A DNA stretch of 61,057 bases, filler included, from Glycera tridactyla (GCA_965644265.1; 5 parts of 5 records of this genome joined end to end with filler, not necessarily neighbours in it); one strand, 5' to 3'; shown: positions 1-16,159, counted from the whole stretch's first letter. The notes: generated by a model from the letters alone, not told the origin. A program made the numbers and translations.

Positions 1-560
1 AGTGTGAGTGTTTTCATTGATGATTTCTCCCGAGAATTCCATCGACAGATTATAAAAGAGACTGAACAAGAAATCAACCCCATTACTTGTTGTGGTGGGG
101 AGTTATACTAGGGCTCTCACTCAAATGTTACATTGCATTTCAACTGAGATTATTGTTCAGGATTGGTATCTTGTCACCTAATGATGGTGAGAGATAGACA
201 CATGGATATGTTGTATTTCAGAACCAATACACAAGCAGATGAAATGAGTCTCGGATGATCCCATCTGTGTCTCTCATATGGGCATCTCAGTATAGCCTTT
301 ATGGTATTCGCACTATAGAAAATAACCCACAAACGACCAGCCATCCAATCATACACAGCCCATTCGATTTACACGAATTCACTCATAATGAGTGTGGTGA
401 AGTAGTCAATGGTTCAACAAATAGGTTTCGGAATTCATTGCATTCTTATCACCAACTGCATCATCCGTTCTCTGATATGAATGATGCCTCCAGCTGCATG
501 CTGTTCTTATCTAGCCAGGGATAGAACCACAGTTTATGTGCGCTGACAGAAAGGAGAATT
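1..560. repeat. Diverged interspersed repeat, co-oriented second copy at about 21742-22320
   Basis: Collinear shared blocks, e.g. AAAAGAGACTGAAYAAGAAATCAACCCCATTACTTGTTGT and TGATCCCAYCTGTGTCTCTCATAT. Confidence 0.8.
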
Positions 561-3500
561 CCGGAGATCCTTCTCGCAATATTCCTGATCATTTTCACCG
601 AAACCCTGATGTCACCCTGATGAAACCCTGATGACCAATTTTATGACCCAAGGTTTCATTCATACTTGATCGGTACTTCCTGTTCGGCGTCATGATTAAA
701 TAACGATGTCGCCATCTAAAGAGGAATGGTGACCGGATTAGATTGATGGACGCGGGAAGAGAGAAAAAATGGGGAAAAATAGCTGATGTGAATGAAGAAA
801 AGTAAGAGAGGAAGACAGTAAAGAAACGGATGAAACACACTTACATAAAAACAANNNNNNNNNNNNNNNNNNNNNNNNNNNNNNNNNNNNNNNNNNNNNN
901 NNNNNNNNNNNNNNNNNNNNNNNNNNNNNNNNNNNNNNNNNNNNNNNNNNNNNNNNNNNNNNNNNNNNNNNNNNNNNNNNNNNNNNNNNNNNNNNNNNNN
1001 CAAAGATTACATGGCTTATCATTGCATATTTCACATGATGAGAAAGCTGTCACTGCTTGGATGGGCTGAGTGGGGAAAAAGTCAACTAACTCCTCTCGCA
1101 ATATTAATCATTGCCCAGAAGTCGATGACTGTCAGTGCTATCCCAGCAGACCTGACATCCACCCTGTTGACTCCATCAGTTATCAAATATGTAAACAAAA
1201 ATCCAGCCTAGTAACCAGCAGCCTCCCTTGATAGCCACATTGGTCGTTATTTATTGATCGGAAGGATGGTAAAGCAATGAAGAATTCATCACAGGATTAC
1301 CTTGTCTTTGTAGTTCACATACTTGCTATGGAAGCCCATCAACACCCACTGGCATACAATCCAAATCCTACATGCAAGCATGGATGGAATTTTTCTCAAC
1401 TCATCACCAGATTATCAACACTTTTCTGAATGATTTCAGATGACAAGGTGATCAGGGCTCAAGTATGACCTTCCATATTGTAGCTGTCAAAGTCAGAACA
1501 GTTTTCAGACCTAAACAGAAGTGTGGATGAATCCCAGGCAGGTAATTTCGATCATTGATTACAAAAATCTCTGGGTACTTGCGTTTGCCATGTATGTGAT
1601 AGCCCTCTCTTTCACAATTAACCTGAATGACTTCAAGGGCTCGAGTTATCATATTGGGGATTTATCTGAGACATGTGTTCATTTCAAGACACAATTTCAC
1701 ATTTCACATTTCACATTTCCCGATCATCAGATTATACATTTCGATCGAAGTTTGGATCATGATTTTGCCTGGTGATACTGAAACGATTCACTTGAAATGA
1801 TTACCTGTTGTAATCGTTCAAAAATGAAGATTACTTAACACGACTTGTACGCATATCATCAATTCAGGTGGTATATCACAGGAATTATAGATTCATTGTG
1901 TAATTTCCATACCAATGTGACTTCGTGATTTCAACGAACACCTCCAGTTGGCTCTGCTAACTCCATGACATACTCGTAATCAGTAACGTTAACATAAGAC
2001 AAGTGTGGCTGCTTAGTGTAGACTTTCAACAAAGGCTTGTGCAATCTCTGCCTTTCTTGTCATATGTGTCATCAGCAACATAATATTGCTTGTCCCTTTG
2101 CTGAAGTAATGGATGATGATTTTCTCTTTGATGTGAGAGTCCGGTGCAGTCACATGGTGCCGCGGTACTCCTCGTTGCTTTCTCAACACCTGTGTTCAGG
2201 CCGGGTTTGTGAGAGTGATGTCTCCGAGAGAGAGAGAAAACATCTGGCTTTAACCAGGAACACTTGGCATACATAACCCTGGGATTGATACATGCCGTCG
2301 AACCTCGAACAAACAAAAACATAAGTCCAACACCACTTTTACTGGTAGGTTTAAATGGCATCAGAATGCCACTCCCTTTCCCATCCACAGATCTATTCAT
2401 ATATTCGGTAGGAAATTTTATAGTGTGTGTAGACCAGGCCTTCAAATATTGGTTTTGCATGTATGCATACATAACGAAATCTAGCAAGATTTATGTTCCT
2501 AAAAAGTTTTAAACAGAGCAAAAAAGTATTTAGTTATGCAATACCCAACTATTATTTTTGCCACAGTCAAAGTATAACCTAGATACTATTCCATTCATTC
2601 AGTCTCAGATAATTCTGCCAGGTTTGATGGGTGGTAAGTATAGTACCACCAATCAATAAGTGCGACATCACAAAAAAAGTGAAGACCTCATCGACGAAGC
2701 GCTACGCTAGTCTCATACATGATAATGTGCTATTTCCTTGTTCTGGATGCTCATGGCAGCCAGCGTCCTCGTCAAAGTTTTGGGTCACAGGAGGTGTGGC
2801 TTTCGCCTGATACCAGACCAAAATACCAATGATGCTAGAAAAATAGAATCCCGTGTCGCAGTTCATCATGTGGGTGTCATCAAGGCTGAATATGTGCCTA
2901 ACAGATTGCATGAGAGTGATTGACAATATACTGATTGTCTGCTTTCACTCCAACCCGTCAAACATTCTGATACAGCATAGCCTAAAGGCAGTTATATTAT
3001 GGTCACTTTCCCTATCGTCATCGTCGACTTTCTCCTCAGTTACTTCCATCACCACACCTTCACCCTCTTTCTCTCTCTTCCTTCTCTTCAATTCCCCTCT
3101 TCATCCTCGACTTTCTCTCCCTGCTCCTCTCATGAATCAACCTAAAATGGCAACGGCGACTGAAGCCACCACTACTGCAACCACCATCGCCTATCTCTGG
3201 TTATCCTCCTCTTTACTAGACTTGATGTTGCCACCTTCTATACCTCAACTTTGTTTCTCAATATCTCGATGTATCCAAGACGATGATGATAATGAAGACG
3301 TACATCATAAATACCAGCACCAGCAATGCCATCACCACCCCCATCACTACAATGATCATTACCGCCACCACCACCAACACCACCATAAATATCATCCCCA
3401 TCTACTTCATCCATCCCCATTGCTGCTCTTCCACCCCTCCCTGTCTTTTAGTACTCAACCAATATAAGCACTCCTTCTTCCTCTTTGATTCTCCACCTCA

Positions 3501-6500
3501 TTTTCTTCCTGCGTCCCTCTTTTTCCCTCCACAATCTCTGCCCACCTCTGCTGCAAAGTATTCCTTTCATGATTGAGACTCAAACCCCATCCAAATATCA
3601 CACGTATTCAGCCAATAGATTGACCCAATGTAGAGAAAAAATATAAAACAAGTTTTCTGATGCCTCATATTTATGCTCAGTATCAGTCACAATTCATGAG
3701 AATAATCTGAGATGAATGTTCACAAGGGACAAGGATCAAAATCACCCAAAATGCTGAACAGGATGCGTTAAGACAGACCATTGAGCTCGACTCGTCAGGA
3801 TTGAATAAGATCCTATTCTCATCCTCGTTCTCTGAACAGTACGCATTGTTTCCATCCTCCTACAGGTTAGGCATCTTCCCGCCACTTTCTTCAGACATCC
3901 AGTGCAATTGTTCAGTACTATACAAATTGATAGTGAAATGCATATGCATCCAATTAAGCACTGAAGAGAAGGATGGGAGGGAGCATCATAATGTGGGAGA
4001 GAACAAGGTGAGTATCATCACCCAAATTGAATCAGATAAGTCTGAGTTGAAGAAGGGATAATACGAATTCCAACTAAACGAAAAATCCGATGATGATGAG
4101 AAAATAGCTTATGCTCGCAACCCAAGCAGCCTTCAAAAGATTGCTATGGACAAGCTCATCAAGTATTTATCAATGCAAGTGGACTATATCATATCTGATA
4201 AGAAATAGGCCTAACTGTATTCTCGCATCTCAGATATGATGCTCTCATTGTATATGGGGGCTTCCCATCATTGGCAAGAGGGCAGGAGGATGAGAAGGCG
4301 TTGGATCACTTCAATAGACTCTGAACGAAGGTTTATGGGCAGTGCTGCCAACCACAAAACAAAAATACAATACCTGTGTCTCAACACTATCTAAAGAAAA
4401 ATGGAACAATGAACACCATTCTATTTATTTATGTTCGTGACTCACTGTTACGAAGCCACTATTGCGATGCATGGAGAGTATATATCTGAGCTAGGAAAAC
4501 ACCTTATTTTCAGCAGGATGTGTAGCAGCATAAAGTGATGGACTCCTCTATATCAAATCACTGGTTCTGCCAAGAAGCGAATGATGTGTTTGGAATGTGG
4601 TGGGCCAGGTGGGTCAGTGTAGTGGCTGAACACTTTTGCTGCTACCTATCCAAGAAAAGTGGGATAGCTGAGCCCCACAAATCATCACTTCGAATCAACC
4701 GTTATCTATGAGGATGAGGGTGTGTCAGCTCAATTCGATGCACCACTATTTCGTCTGGATGACATCATCATGCATACATGGCACAATAATTTGAATGCAA
4801 GATGGATGAATGCATTGATCCCTACAAACAAACAAAGGGACAGAGGAAATTGATTATCCGCAGTAGAGCATATAGAGAGATGGAGTTCAGAGTCTACTAG
4901 TTCAGATGAGGGAAAATGAGCTACCACGAGCAGACAGGTCATCAAACGGATATGCACCCAACGTTTTAGGTACCTTATCAATACCTACTTTCTGATACCG
5001 AGATGTTGGTGAGCAGGGGTATTCGATATATACACATGATTATCTGGTATGATCCATTAATGACACAACCTGGTCAATATGACCAAGTATGATGATATGG
5101 AAGTCATATTGTGTGACTTCGGTTGTAGCCAGACCATATGGCCTGGACCTGATCAATATCACTATATAAGTGCACACTTTACATATAACCTTGCGTTCCA
5201 GCTCTTCGAAGTTATTGCATGTTGGCCATGTGTGCGTGGACCAATAGCCACTTTCATCTGACAAACTGGGTGATTTCATTCCAGCTTGTCGTGTGAGGGA
5301 TCGAGTTCTTGTTCATCTGAAATACCTGCTTCACAGAATTATGTATGCATTATATTGTACTGGAATTATTGACAGACTGAAACGAAGTAAAATCAATCAA
5401 TCAATCAAAAAAGTGATACCCACTGGCAATACAAAACCAAGCAACAGTATCTTTCAGTTGATAAGCTTCCTGAGTTATACATGCAAGTTTTGTCACTCTA
5501 TTGTGATGGGTGTATCATCATGCTAATTTAATCGGGATCCGATATCCTATTGATGCTTGCAAGAGAGGCAATTGTGTAGCATCTCAAAGCCTTAAGAAGC
5601 CTTATAGTTGACAATAGATGGTGCAGTATCAGTTTGAAATGATACTCATATGAGATACTAAAATGACCAATTTCCATGCTTCCAATATGGCATGATATTT
5701 ATAATGCCATCAATCTATCTAGCTTGCCTACCAAGTATCGGTAAGTGAACGAGTATCCATTACTCAAAATTGACACTAGAATTGATATTCAACTACTAAT
5801 TATATTCTTCACCCATACTGATGGAGACATATAGATGACTGAATGAAAGATAGATACGAATGTTGTGTACTTTTGCTCGAAGGACACCAATTATGGGCAT
5901 GCAGTGCAAGATAAGTAAATTACTTCGAAGTGTAATTGGTTGAAGGATGTTGCAAGCAAGAGTGCATTTATTTGAATTGTCTACTGTCTGATTCTGTCTT
6001 GTACCAGTTGGAATGGTGACAGCAATCCGAGAGGAGAATAATCCCTTCCTCTAACATATACTCATGGTATTCCCTTTCACAGGAAAGAGTGTAACATGGC
6101 ACTTTGCTTCCTGGCTGTGCGTCTGCCGACCATACCTGAAACCAATTATGGAGCTCATAATTGAGAGGAATCATATCAGCTCCTACTGTTGTTAGGGATT
6201 TGAATTCCACTTCGCTGATTATTCTCGGGAGATAGACCATCCTGATAGCTATCAGGATGCAATGGTCCCATTGCTATCACATGATAATAGAGATACGGTG
6301 TATGTCATGAGAAACGATCAGAAAACATAATAGGAGGATGACTGTTGCTGGCGCCGGGTTGATAACCTTCTGCATGAGTTTCATTTACGAGAATGAACGA
6401 ATACTCATCATTTGAAAAATCTGAATGGACACCTAACACCATCATTTTGAGACATACGGCAATCCTCACCAACATGCAGCAATGATGTCCAATCCCCACA

Positions 6501-7590
6501 CCGGGAAGGCTGACAGTTCTTGGACTACTTTCTGAAGGCTTTGAAAAAGTTGTTCATGTCATCTTGAGTTCGATACCCGAACAATCTGATAAGAAGATAT
6601 GAGCCACATCTTGATGCTCTGGTCCATAATTTCCCACAGCATCTGTTATTCTTCTCAGTCCTATATGAAATGCACCCCTTTCTTATCTCGTTCTCCACAA
6701 ACGAAAAAGAGATAACCTTTGTTCGTAGAGATGTGTCTGAACTGTCAACTATTCCTACTTGACATCCTTCCTAGGTCCCAGGCAACCATGTGAGAAAGAT
6801 CAGTCATCATGGTGAGAGCGGGACAGTTTGCACAAACAGCACTTTCACACCGATATCAATTTGGACAGAATACAAATGATATCAGAAGGATAACCAACTT
6901 TACTGGAGCAATTATATCAAAGACCAAGGCAATTCCCTGGCAGACAAGGCTGATATTGTATGTCATTCAATATATATCAGCAGAGGAGGTGGGACAGACC
7001 TGCAGAATGTAAGGACAACTATCCTTTCGAAGTGAATATAGACCTCACCAGAAAGATCACTCGTTATGAGGAATTGATCGTGCATATACCAATTTCGCTG
7101 CAGCCAAGGCTGATCTGCATATATGATCTTTTACTTGCCATCAATTTATCAGAATTTGAAGGATGAATGCATGTTTTTTGATCAAATCATAATTGTACAG
7201 CGGGATAATGTAGATAACAGTGAAAGACACATCATGTAAATATGGATCAGCACCTGGTGTGAGTGGGTTATGTTTTGCTGCACGTGGGAGAGGTATATTT
7301 ACATACATGGTGAGTGAGCAGATGAATTCATTGTTCATCAGTTCCAATCGACCTATAATATCAACTGTGTCCCGTTAGACATGCATGCAACTACCAGCTT
7401 CGATATCGGCTAGTAGCAGCATTGTTGAGCTTCAACTGATGCCGTGGTTGGTTGGATTTTTGCTTGGCTGAATGGCTAGTTGATTGGTTGGTTGGTTCGT
7501 TGATTTGTAGGTAGGAAGGGCTAGGGTCATGTGAGAACTTATTGACTGCTTGCATGACGTTCAACGATTGTCCCCCAATACTTGCAATTT

Positions 7591-7631
7591 ATCATCATCG
7601 TCATCATCATCATCATCATCATCATAATCAT

Positions 7632-7667
<36 letters not shown>
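7591..7667. repeat. (ATC)n microsatellite
   Basis: Direct reading. Confidence 0.95.
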
Positions 7668-10600
7668 TGAGTCATATACGTCAGCCGTATCCATACAATC
7701 TCGAATGAGGATATAATATCAGCGGATGATGCTGAAAACATGCTGTGAAGTGCCATAGATTCTCCTTGTGAGCATACAGCTTTCCACGAATTGGGTCCGA
7801 TGATCATCGGTTGTGCTTCGCTATTCAATCAACGAACACCACCACCATTACCAATTCCACAATCACCACCTCCACCATATTCACAACCAACACCATCACC
7901 ACAGCAATTCCCATAATCTTCACCATACTCCACGATCTCCACCATCACACAGCATACAATGATAATCTTCAAGGTTGATTCATGCCATTGAACATGAAAC
8001 CAACAAACTCAACCTCCTCTTTCTCTTTAACCTTCTTCTTTCTTTCTGTTTTTATTGCTCCTCCCACTCAAAAGACCATTCAATAGGATCACCATCAAGC
8101 AGCACCTGTGCTCTATTCAAGTTCCAATTGATTGCATTCTCAGATAAAATAATTTCATTCCAATTCGATTTGAATGTGGGCAATAGAGAAGGCGTGGAGG
8201 GAGTGTGGAGTGGGTTGGTATCGCTGCCTCCGTTGGGCTCGTTATCGGGATTTAAATTGCATATGATAGAGAACCGGAGCACACAATGAAAAGTACAAGC
8301 AGAAAATAATTACTTTCATCGAGAAGATCCCGATAGAGATTTGATATTCTGAGCGGCAGTAGGGAGCTCACCAATGAATTCACATATTCGCACCCATAAA
8401 TATCGCCCTTATGGGGCTGTGTTCAGCTGAACAATAGCTGAATTGAAATAGCACAGTGCATAAGTGTACGACAATGCTCTACATTTAATATCCTAGAGAA
8501 TGGAATTGTAAGTCTTCTGGATATCTCAAGAGTTTTCTGATGCAAACCACAGTCCAATCAGACAGACATCAATGTCGTAATTGACAAGGACTCCAAAAAG
8601 ATGGACAATTTCAATTGAGAGAATCCACATTTTCGAAAGCACTTCTGATCATCTCATCAACTGCGAACTGCGGAATTAGGTGATTGATTGATTGATCAAA
8701 CAACATGTGTCGAACCAAGCAACAGTGTTTGCCGCATGTTTCTGATATACGAATACCTGCTCATGTCCCTGACATCCCTCGAACAAACCCGGGACGCAAA
8801 CCTGATAGGGACCAGAAATGTCAATTGGAAGACAGCCAATAGTTCAGACACACCTCCACACAACTGTTACAGACCCAAAAGCCTGAGGATGCCATATTTT
8901 TCCCATATGACTGGCTGAAAACTGGTTCTCAAGCAAAGCACAGTACTTGAAATTATATATGCTTTGAGAATATTCGACCAATGTGTTCAGATATGGAGGA
9001 CAAAAAATCAAACCAACTTCACATGTTGTATCTAACCATTCCATGAAGGCGACTGGATGGAACATCATAAGTCCATAACTAGACTTCATCCCGACGTAAG
9101 TGGCTGCTCAGTTATGGGGAGAAATTGTGATTGCAGAGTATATAACCCAGTACCTAACTATGTGTCCTCACTTGGAAACACCAATGAATGATGAGCGAGG
9201 TTCAAGTTGGCAAGGCCTTCTGAAGAATGTAATCCTAAGGACAGGTGAACTTCTATGGATCTGAGACGGTGAACCACACTTATATGAGATCAGTTGAATC
9301 TACATGGATGGCAGGCATTGCACCATCATATTCACGAGAGTACTTATCTTAATGCAACTGGCAAACCGCATCTAGTCCTGTTGACATGAGATAGTTAGGT
9401 GAGCCTAACGACCTGCAAGCAGCATTATAGTGACAACCTCCAAACTAGCGCTTCGATAAATGACACAATCTAATTGTAGCATTTGCCATCATCAGAGTAT
9501 GGCAACAGTGTGTTGGCCCCAGGCAGATGCTGATGATTGCTCAGTGCCCTGCTCTGGTAGTGGTGATAGTGGCAGGGGCGGCGGTTGTGCGATCAGGTGT
9601 TCTTATTGTCATGGAGGCAATTTCGTGCTGATGTTTCTTTTTCGGTGGTGATTGTGGTATTAGTAGTTAAGAGAAAGATCAGGACGTTGACTACGTCAAT
9701 ACACTGACATGGGAATATTCAGGAAGCTGACCATTGCTTGGCAATAAACTAATATATTTATATTTTGAAAGGGAAGAGATTGGAGTTTTCGAATGACGAG
9801 ACAACATGATAAAAAAGCAGAAAACCATCCAACTACAATAGGTGAACACTCAACAGCCTGCCAATTTGACGCAGCAAAGGTGCTGGTCATGTTCCTCTCG
9901 TTTCAGGCGAAGATCGGCCAGTCATTTTGACAGGTCTGCCACAAAAATGATCTTCGGGGTGCTATATGAGGCAGTAGTACCCACTCAAAAATATCCGTCA
10001 CATTTGGATTTCGCCGACTAGCTATATCGCAGAGAAGCCCTATGGACAGACCATGGGGTATGCTTCCATTTTTGATCGCTAATCAACTCAGGAGAGTGTG
10101 ATGGAATATGCTGTCTCTCAGGCATCGACACCGGATCAATATCATTATTCCAGCTGGATCAGCATTTGATTTACAGATCACTTACCCACTGGCAAAAGAT
10201 TTGTCAATATTCCAACAGGTTTGCCCAGAGGAGCTGGTCTTGGTGCACAACTGTGGGCCATGGGTTGGCGCTCTTGGAATGCTGCCATCCTCCTTGCCAC
10301 GCCTACCTTTTGAGCATGCAACTCTATCTGAAACTTGGTCTTACTTTTTTGCNNNNNNNNNNNNNNNNNNNNNNNNNNNNNNNNNNNNNNNNNNNNNNNN
10401 NNNNNNNNNNNNNNNNNNNNNNNNNNNNNNNNNNNNNNNNNNNNNNNNNNNNNNNNNNNNNNNNNNNNNNNNNNNNNNNNNNNTGAATGTGTGCTTCCTG
10501 GAAACTGAGTGCACCACCTGTCTGGCCCATAGTGGTTGAGCTACAAGGAGAGTAAAAAGAGGTCTGATTGGTATCGCCAAATATGACTGAAGTTTCCACC

Positions 10601-13600
10601 GCAGTAATCCCAATGTATTGATCTGATGGGCAATGTAGCACATTGCTTCCATATCAATAGGCTGTTGAGTGTTTACCTGCCAACCTTTGAGGAAAAATCA
10701 TCTCGTGCAAGCATGTGTGATAGCATGTCTGTACCTTGCTTTCAGTCTATCAATCTACGTATACTGTCTTCTGCAGACACAACACAGAGACTGAGCAGAA
10801 GCTACAACTTGATATGTATTACATGATTGTTGGGACGCTGATCATAATCATCATCATCGTCATCGTGCATATTGTATTACCAAAATAAAATTAACCACGC
10901 CCACTATATATTGACTCACTGTATTATCTGATTGTTCGAGTGCTGGTCATAGGTTGGATGGTGTCCATGCTCAGAGATTAGCTGGTTGGATGGATTATGC
11001 ATAAATTGACCTGGAGGATATGAATGCTATGTGTTCTCTTTTCTGTATTCGCACAGCATATGCCAAGACGTGTGATGTTCGATGAACTAGAGCCTAGAGA
11101 CTTTATGCTCAGTGTATTCTCACATGATTTGAATGCTTATCATACGCTGAATAAAAATTCTTGTCGAATGACCGTTATTAGAGTAAATGGTATGTATCTA
11201 CTCAGAGGATGTGCATGCACTCTGTTCTGCCTCATACAGATACACAGCAGAGACTGATAGGCCTACAGTGTACAGTGGACTAGAACCTGGACATTCGATC
11301 GATAGGTACTGTCAGATTTCTTAAAGCTTGTCATATGTCAAATGGGGGGCTCCTTCTTTGTGATTAGATAATTGTTATGGGCTAAACGTCAATAATCTAC
11401 TCAGTTTTTTCGTCCCATGAATTTCTGATCCATGCAAGCTGGATGTTCTGTCCCCAACGGGTCCTGAACCCTGAATGCGTTATGATGGGGATTGGGAGAG
11501 GCCATCACGTTGACATTTCAGATGCATCTTCACGAACGTGAGATATGGTTTTTTCACTGTCTTGTGAAAAAATCAGAAAACCAAACGATGCATTCCATTT
11601 TGAATGGAGAGATAGACCAGACATGGCAGGACATTATGGACCACAGCCTCGGGATGTGCTTCATATTGTCTCATAAGAATGTTCGAGTTTGAATCTCAAA
11701 TTTGGTTGGTGTGCCTCTTGTAAGGCTTTCTTGAATCTGTCAGAGAATATCCGGCCTTCTGAATACAAAAATGGAACACAAGAGTATGGTGTTTGAACCC
11801 ACGAACTTGACTTCGAGAGTTGGAGAACTCATTCGAGTGAAATAATTGGTGTCAATTGTTCCAATTCTTAACAATACCGAACAATAAATGTAGAAAGGAC
11901 AAGAGTACTTTATGATTCATCATGCTTGTGGACTCAATGCATTCATTTTTCCGAAAATGGTGGTACAGCTGAATTGACTATGTAAACTTGTACATATTGA
12001 CGGACCAGGTAGTACATACATGATATTGAAATATACATATTTTTTTCATCAATATTTGTGTACATATAGGGAACAATAAACCCATCTGAGGACGACACTT
12101 GTTTTCCTTATGATTCAAAAGGGGTCAATTCATGAGAAGTATTTGGCCACATTTTTATGTAAGCAGGTGGTCTCTTTCGTCCATAGCCATTCCCCATCAA
12201 TTTGCAATGTTCTTAATGCATCTCCACCACGAACATAACTGGCTACTATGTCTCTCTCTCATACAACAGATATTTCAATATTCATTTGTGCATAATAGCA
12301 AAACAATGGACTCGTGAATTCAGAAAAACAGCAATCCCTGGATGATTAAATGACTGTTGCTATTCTTGCTGAAATCATGCACACTGGATGTTTCTGTAAT
12401 GAAGACGAGTATTACAAATTGATGGTTAGGACCTGTTTGGAAGCGTGTATCGTATAATCACACAGAGTATAGAGTGGATGAAATAGCTGCTGTACTTACC
12501 AATAGAGTGTATTGACATATGAATCTACACCGCTTCTCAGTACTCGAATAGGTGGCTAGTGCAACACCCACACCCCCTCTGATCTGTCCGCCTGTTAACA
12601 TATTCCACTGTATGCCTATGCATTTCTGCTGTTCATTTAGCCTGCTAGTAATCTCTTTTCATCGCTACTGTTTCTGGGCCTCAGCCATTGGTACTCCATC
12701 CATGCTTTATGACCAACGTTTTCTTTACTACTACTGCTACTACCACTACTACTTCAACTCCTACTTCTACTACTACTACTAAATGAAGAGACTTGAGCAA
12801 TACATCAGCAGCTATATTCCAGCTGAGTGTATTTGAGTATCTTACCTATTATCTATCTGAATCCTGATCTCGTTTGATGTGCAAATAAAAGTACACTGTA
12901 TTATCAATAATTCTGTATTTGATATATGGTCATATCAGGGGAAAAGTTTGATGCATTGATCCATTCCATATACGGGTCTTCTAGGCATTGGTCCTGGAGC
13001 GTAGAGTGAGAATCTGCGAATCTGCTGGCAAGAGCTCGTGACGAATTGCTCCCTTAGGGCCAGAGCGATACTCCTACATCCTCACAATCGATTGTATTGA
13101 GATAAGAGTGTTGATTATGAAAACAAATGTGAATATTTACAACTGCTATAACTTTTTTTTGAGACCCTTCTCTTTTGACCCTTCTCTTTTTGTAGTGATA
13201 GTTTCGCAGACCTCATATTCAGTCTCAAAATTTATTCTCATAAGATTAGCTCAAATTCAGATGAGTATATATGATAGCCACGCAGGATGATACTTGAAAC
13301 TACAATGGAGAGCCGCTCAATTATACATCATATCAGTCTCTAGGTGGGGTGAGTCCCTAGAAATCATGGATCTGCATACAACAGCCATCCATCCCAGCTA
13401 GTGTTAGACGGATTATCTAAGCTTTCCATTCCATGAAGCAGAAATAATTGCGTAGCCTTATCGACAGGCTGGTGTTTCCATGAAAAAAGGCTTATCAGTC
13501 TCATCTCGTTAGATGGCATGGTTTCCATCGTGGCAGTAGTATGGGCTTATTTCTTTCTTAGTGATCTCTATGTAGTTGTGCCGGTCATATTTCAAGAGGA

Positions 13601-16159
13601 GTCATCCAAACAACATGCCCTCGTGGCTGCCAAATTCAAGAGGTAATAAGCGCCACCATTGTGATTTGTGTCTGATGCATGTAGGCAAAAAAGAGGAATG
13701 CTTCACAGCAATTCAGATGGACTGATTTTGACATTTCCCGAGCAAATACCCTTCCCTAAAGCGATCATGACGGATGTAGCATTGAGGAAAAATTATATTT
13801 TAACTCAACTGCCCATTGTATTTAGTGGCCAGGTTGTCTTGGAGCTCACGGCTGAAATATACATACTACGTTCACTATTGGATATGCAGAATAACTGGCA
13901 TAGATAGGTGGATGAGAGTGACATCGAGCATACCTACGATGTATACGTTTGTGTTGTGATATTTGTGGTAGTGTGGGTTGCTCATATCGGGAGACTATCA
14001 TGATTCCTGAAGAGAATCATCCCCGAAGATAATCGAATGTTTTATTAATTGAATGGCTATGTCATTCTCATCGATCTGGATACCCCCATTATCCAATTTT
14101 CAGTCAAATCTCATGCTCAGTTCTGAGATGATGGGAGGCATATAGGATAGCATGAACATCATATGTGTAGTGAAGGCTCGATAATTGAATGCTCGATTTT
14201 CAGCCCTCATCTACCCTTTTGTATGGAGACAAAATGACCTGGGGACACCAATCACTGAATATTGGCTGCTTTCTGGCATAGGTTATTGTGTGGTCGGTGT
14301 GCAAGTCTCTCATCACTGTCAAAAACATCCCATTGATTATAATACCAAAACAGTTGATCATGGCTAATGTGGCTTTAAATTTTTTTTTGTATCATGATGA
14401 AGCAAAATCCTACGGGGAGACCACTAGACATGTGCCGATTCTTGTCCAAGGTCGTTTCTATATTGGGCATGGCCGAAGAAGGAAGCCTGGCATGTAGAGA
14501 CTTTTCTGCCTTCCATGAATATCTCTCATTGGTAATTACTGAAATGAGGATTGCATTCGAGGATAACAGGCCCTGGTTTTAGTGATCTCATGCAATTGCC
14601 AATGAAAGTGGATGGCAACTCTATTCTGTTTTGCCATGAGAGTGATGTAAAAGTGAATGTCATCAGATGAAGTCTGATCTGTGGGGTGTCATTGCGATTA
14701 TGAAAAAAAAACGCCCCGATATAATTTGTGCCTACACAGAAGGGACCCAATTGAGAAGATGTATACCCCTCCTATACATCCATGCTTTGTGTTGAAGTGC
14801 ATCATTGAATAGGCTCCATAAGGCAGCATGAATGTCATTGTCTGGTGAGATGTACCGACCGGCACATCTACCTCTCAACGGTATCATATGACAGAAATGA
14901 TATCAAAGGACAAATACATGAGATAAAATTAACGTATAATTCAAGGCATTGCTCCAGTGCACAGAAATGAAATATGATCTGGCGTCCCAATTATGTAGCA
15001 TGGAATCGAAAGTATCTGCTCTATCTGAATCTATTTGTACTCAAAACATCAGGTTATACTTAGGTAGATACATATCCTGCATTTCACCAAACACCCTAGG
15101 TTAAGTGAGTACTATCGGTAGTCAGTCGAATGGTATAAGGCAGATATATTCTGGTTTGGAAATGATAGCCTTACACTGCAAATCCAATACTACAAAGTAA
15201 TTCAATGACCTAAAAACTATGATTTTGACCAAATGACAGAAATGGTGACTTGAGCATGGATACAGACCTACAGATGTGAGCCTCCTAAAGGCTGAACAAG
15301 TCATACGCCGAGAACAAAAGGCCAACATCGTGCCATCCTTCCTGATCAACACACATGATATACTCTCAGTATTTGCATATACGAATGTAGTGCAGTCGAT
15401 CCTGCATGTGAGGATCCGCTGAACCTAAATAAATCTTACCCGAGCTTGGAGGCTGATGATCTTTTATCAAATGAGCTGATCTCTCGAATGGATTGTTACA
15501 CTTGCTGTTTGGTATTAATGATCAATTCAGCTAACATTATTTGCACATGGTGGTTTTCAATCTGCTTTCGTAGACAAGGTAATCCAAGTTTTAATCACAA
15601 TCCCTAGCAGGCCTGTTCAAGTTTGATCCATTCGCATCTTCCATGGAGTAGATATCAAAATGCAGGATCAATTAGAAGGAATGAGCATCCTTTTGTCACC
15701 AGCATTGCCTATGACAGTGCGGAATAAAATGATAAAGCTCCATGTTATTTTCCGGAAATCGAAACATTGTTGCCTCAGGAAGTTCATGCTCAGTACGAAT
15801 CTTGCTCAGGATAAGTCCGACTATACATGATAGGGTAAATATGTCATCGACGATCTGTCATAGAGAGGGGTGTGTTACTATCATCACTTTCCGGAAAAAT
15901 CTGTCAATGGCAATAGTGAGTGCGTGAGCATGGTGAAAGTCGATGCTTAGTGCATGCTAATATTGAAGATATACAAAACCAATATGTGAGTTTGGAATGG
16001 TCACCCGGATGGCCTGCAAATGATGAGTGTTTTTCTATTACCAAAGTGAGGTGGCCAATTGGCAGAAAGGTGACAGAAAGATGTCTGGCAAAGATCAATG
16101 GTTTGATTGGCAAGGAAAATGTGTTGAGCAATTGAACACAATACCAAATGTATTTTCCG

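Noticed and set aside
1011-1211. Walker-A-like LLGWAEWGKSQL
   Set aside because: Imperfect motif with no downstream NTPase or NACHT motifs.
2853-3576. Long His/Thr/Ser-rich ORFs
   Set aside because: By-products of CAC/CAT and CT low-complexity sequence.
4030-4400. Gypsy-RT-like words (ELKKG*YEFQL, NPSSLQK, DALIVYG)
   Set aside because: Spacing is inconsistent and there is no clear YxDD; possibly an ancient LTR relic but not supportable without a search.
5079-5261. Kinase-like VILCDFGCS
   Set aside because: Isolated DFG with no HRD upstream or APE downstream.
10190-10320. GLPRGAGLG motif (RT GVPQG-like or GHMP-kinase-like)
   Set aside because: Single short motif between stops, with no supporting context.
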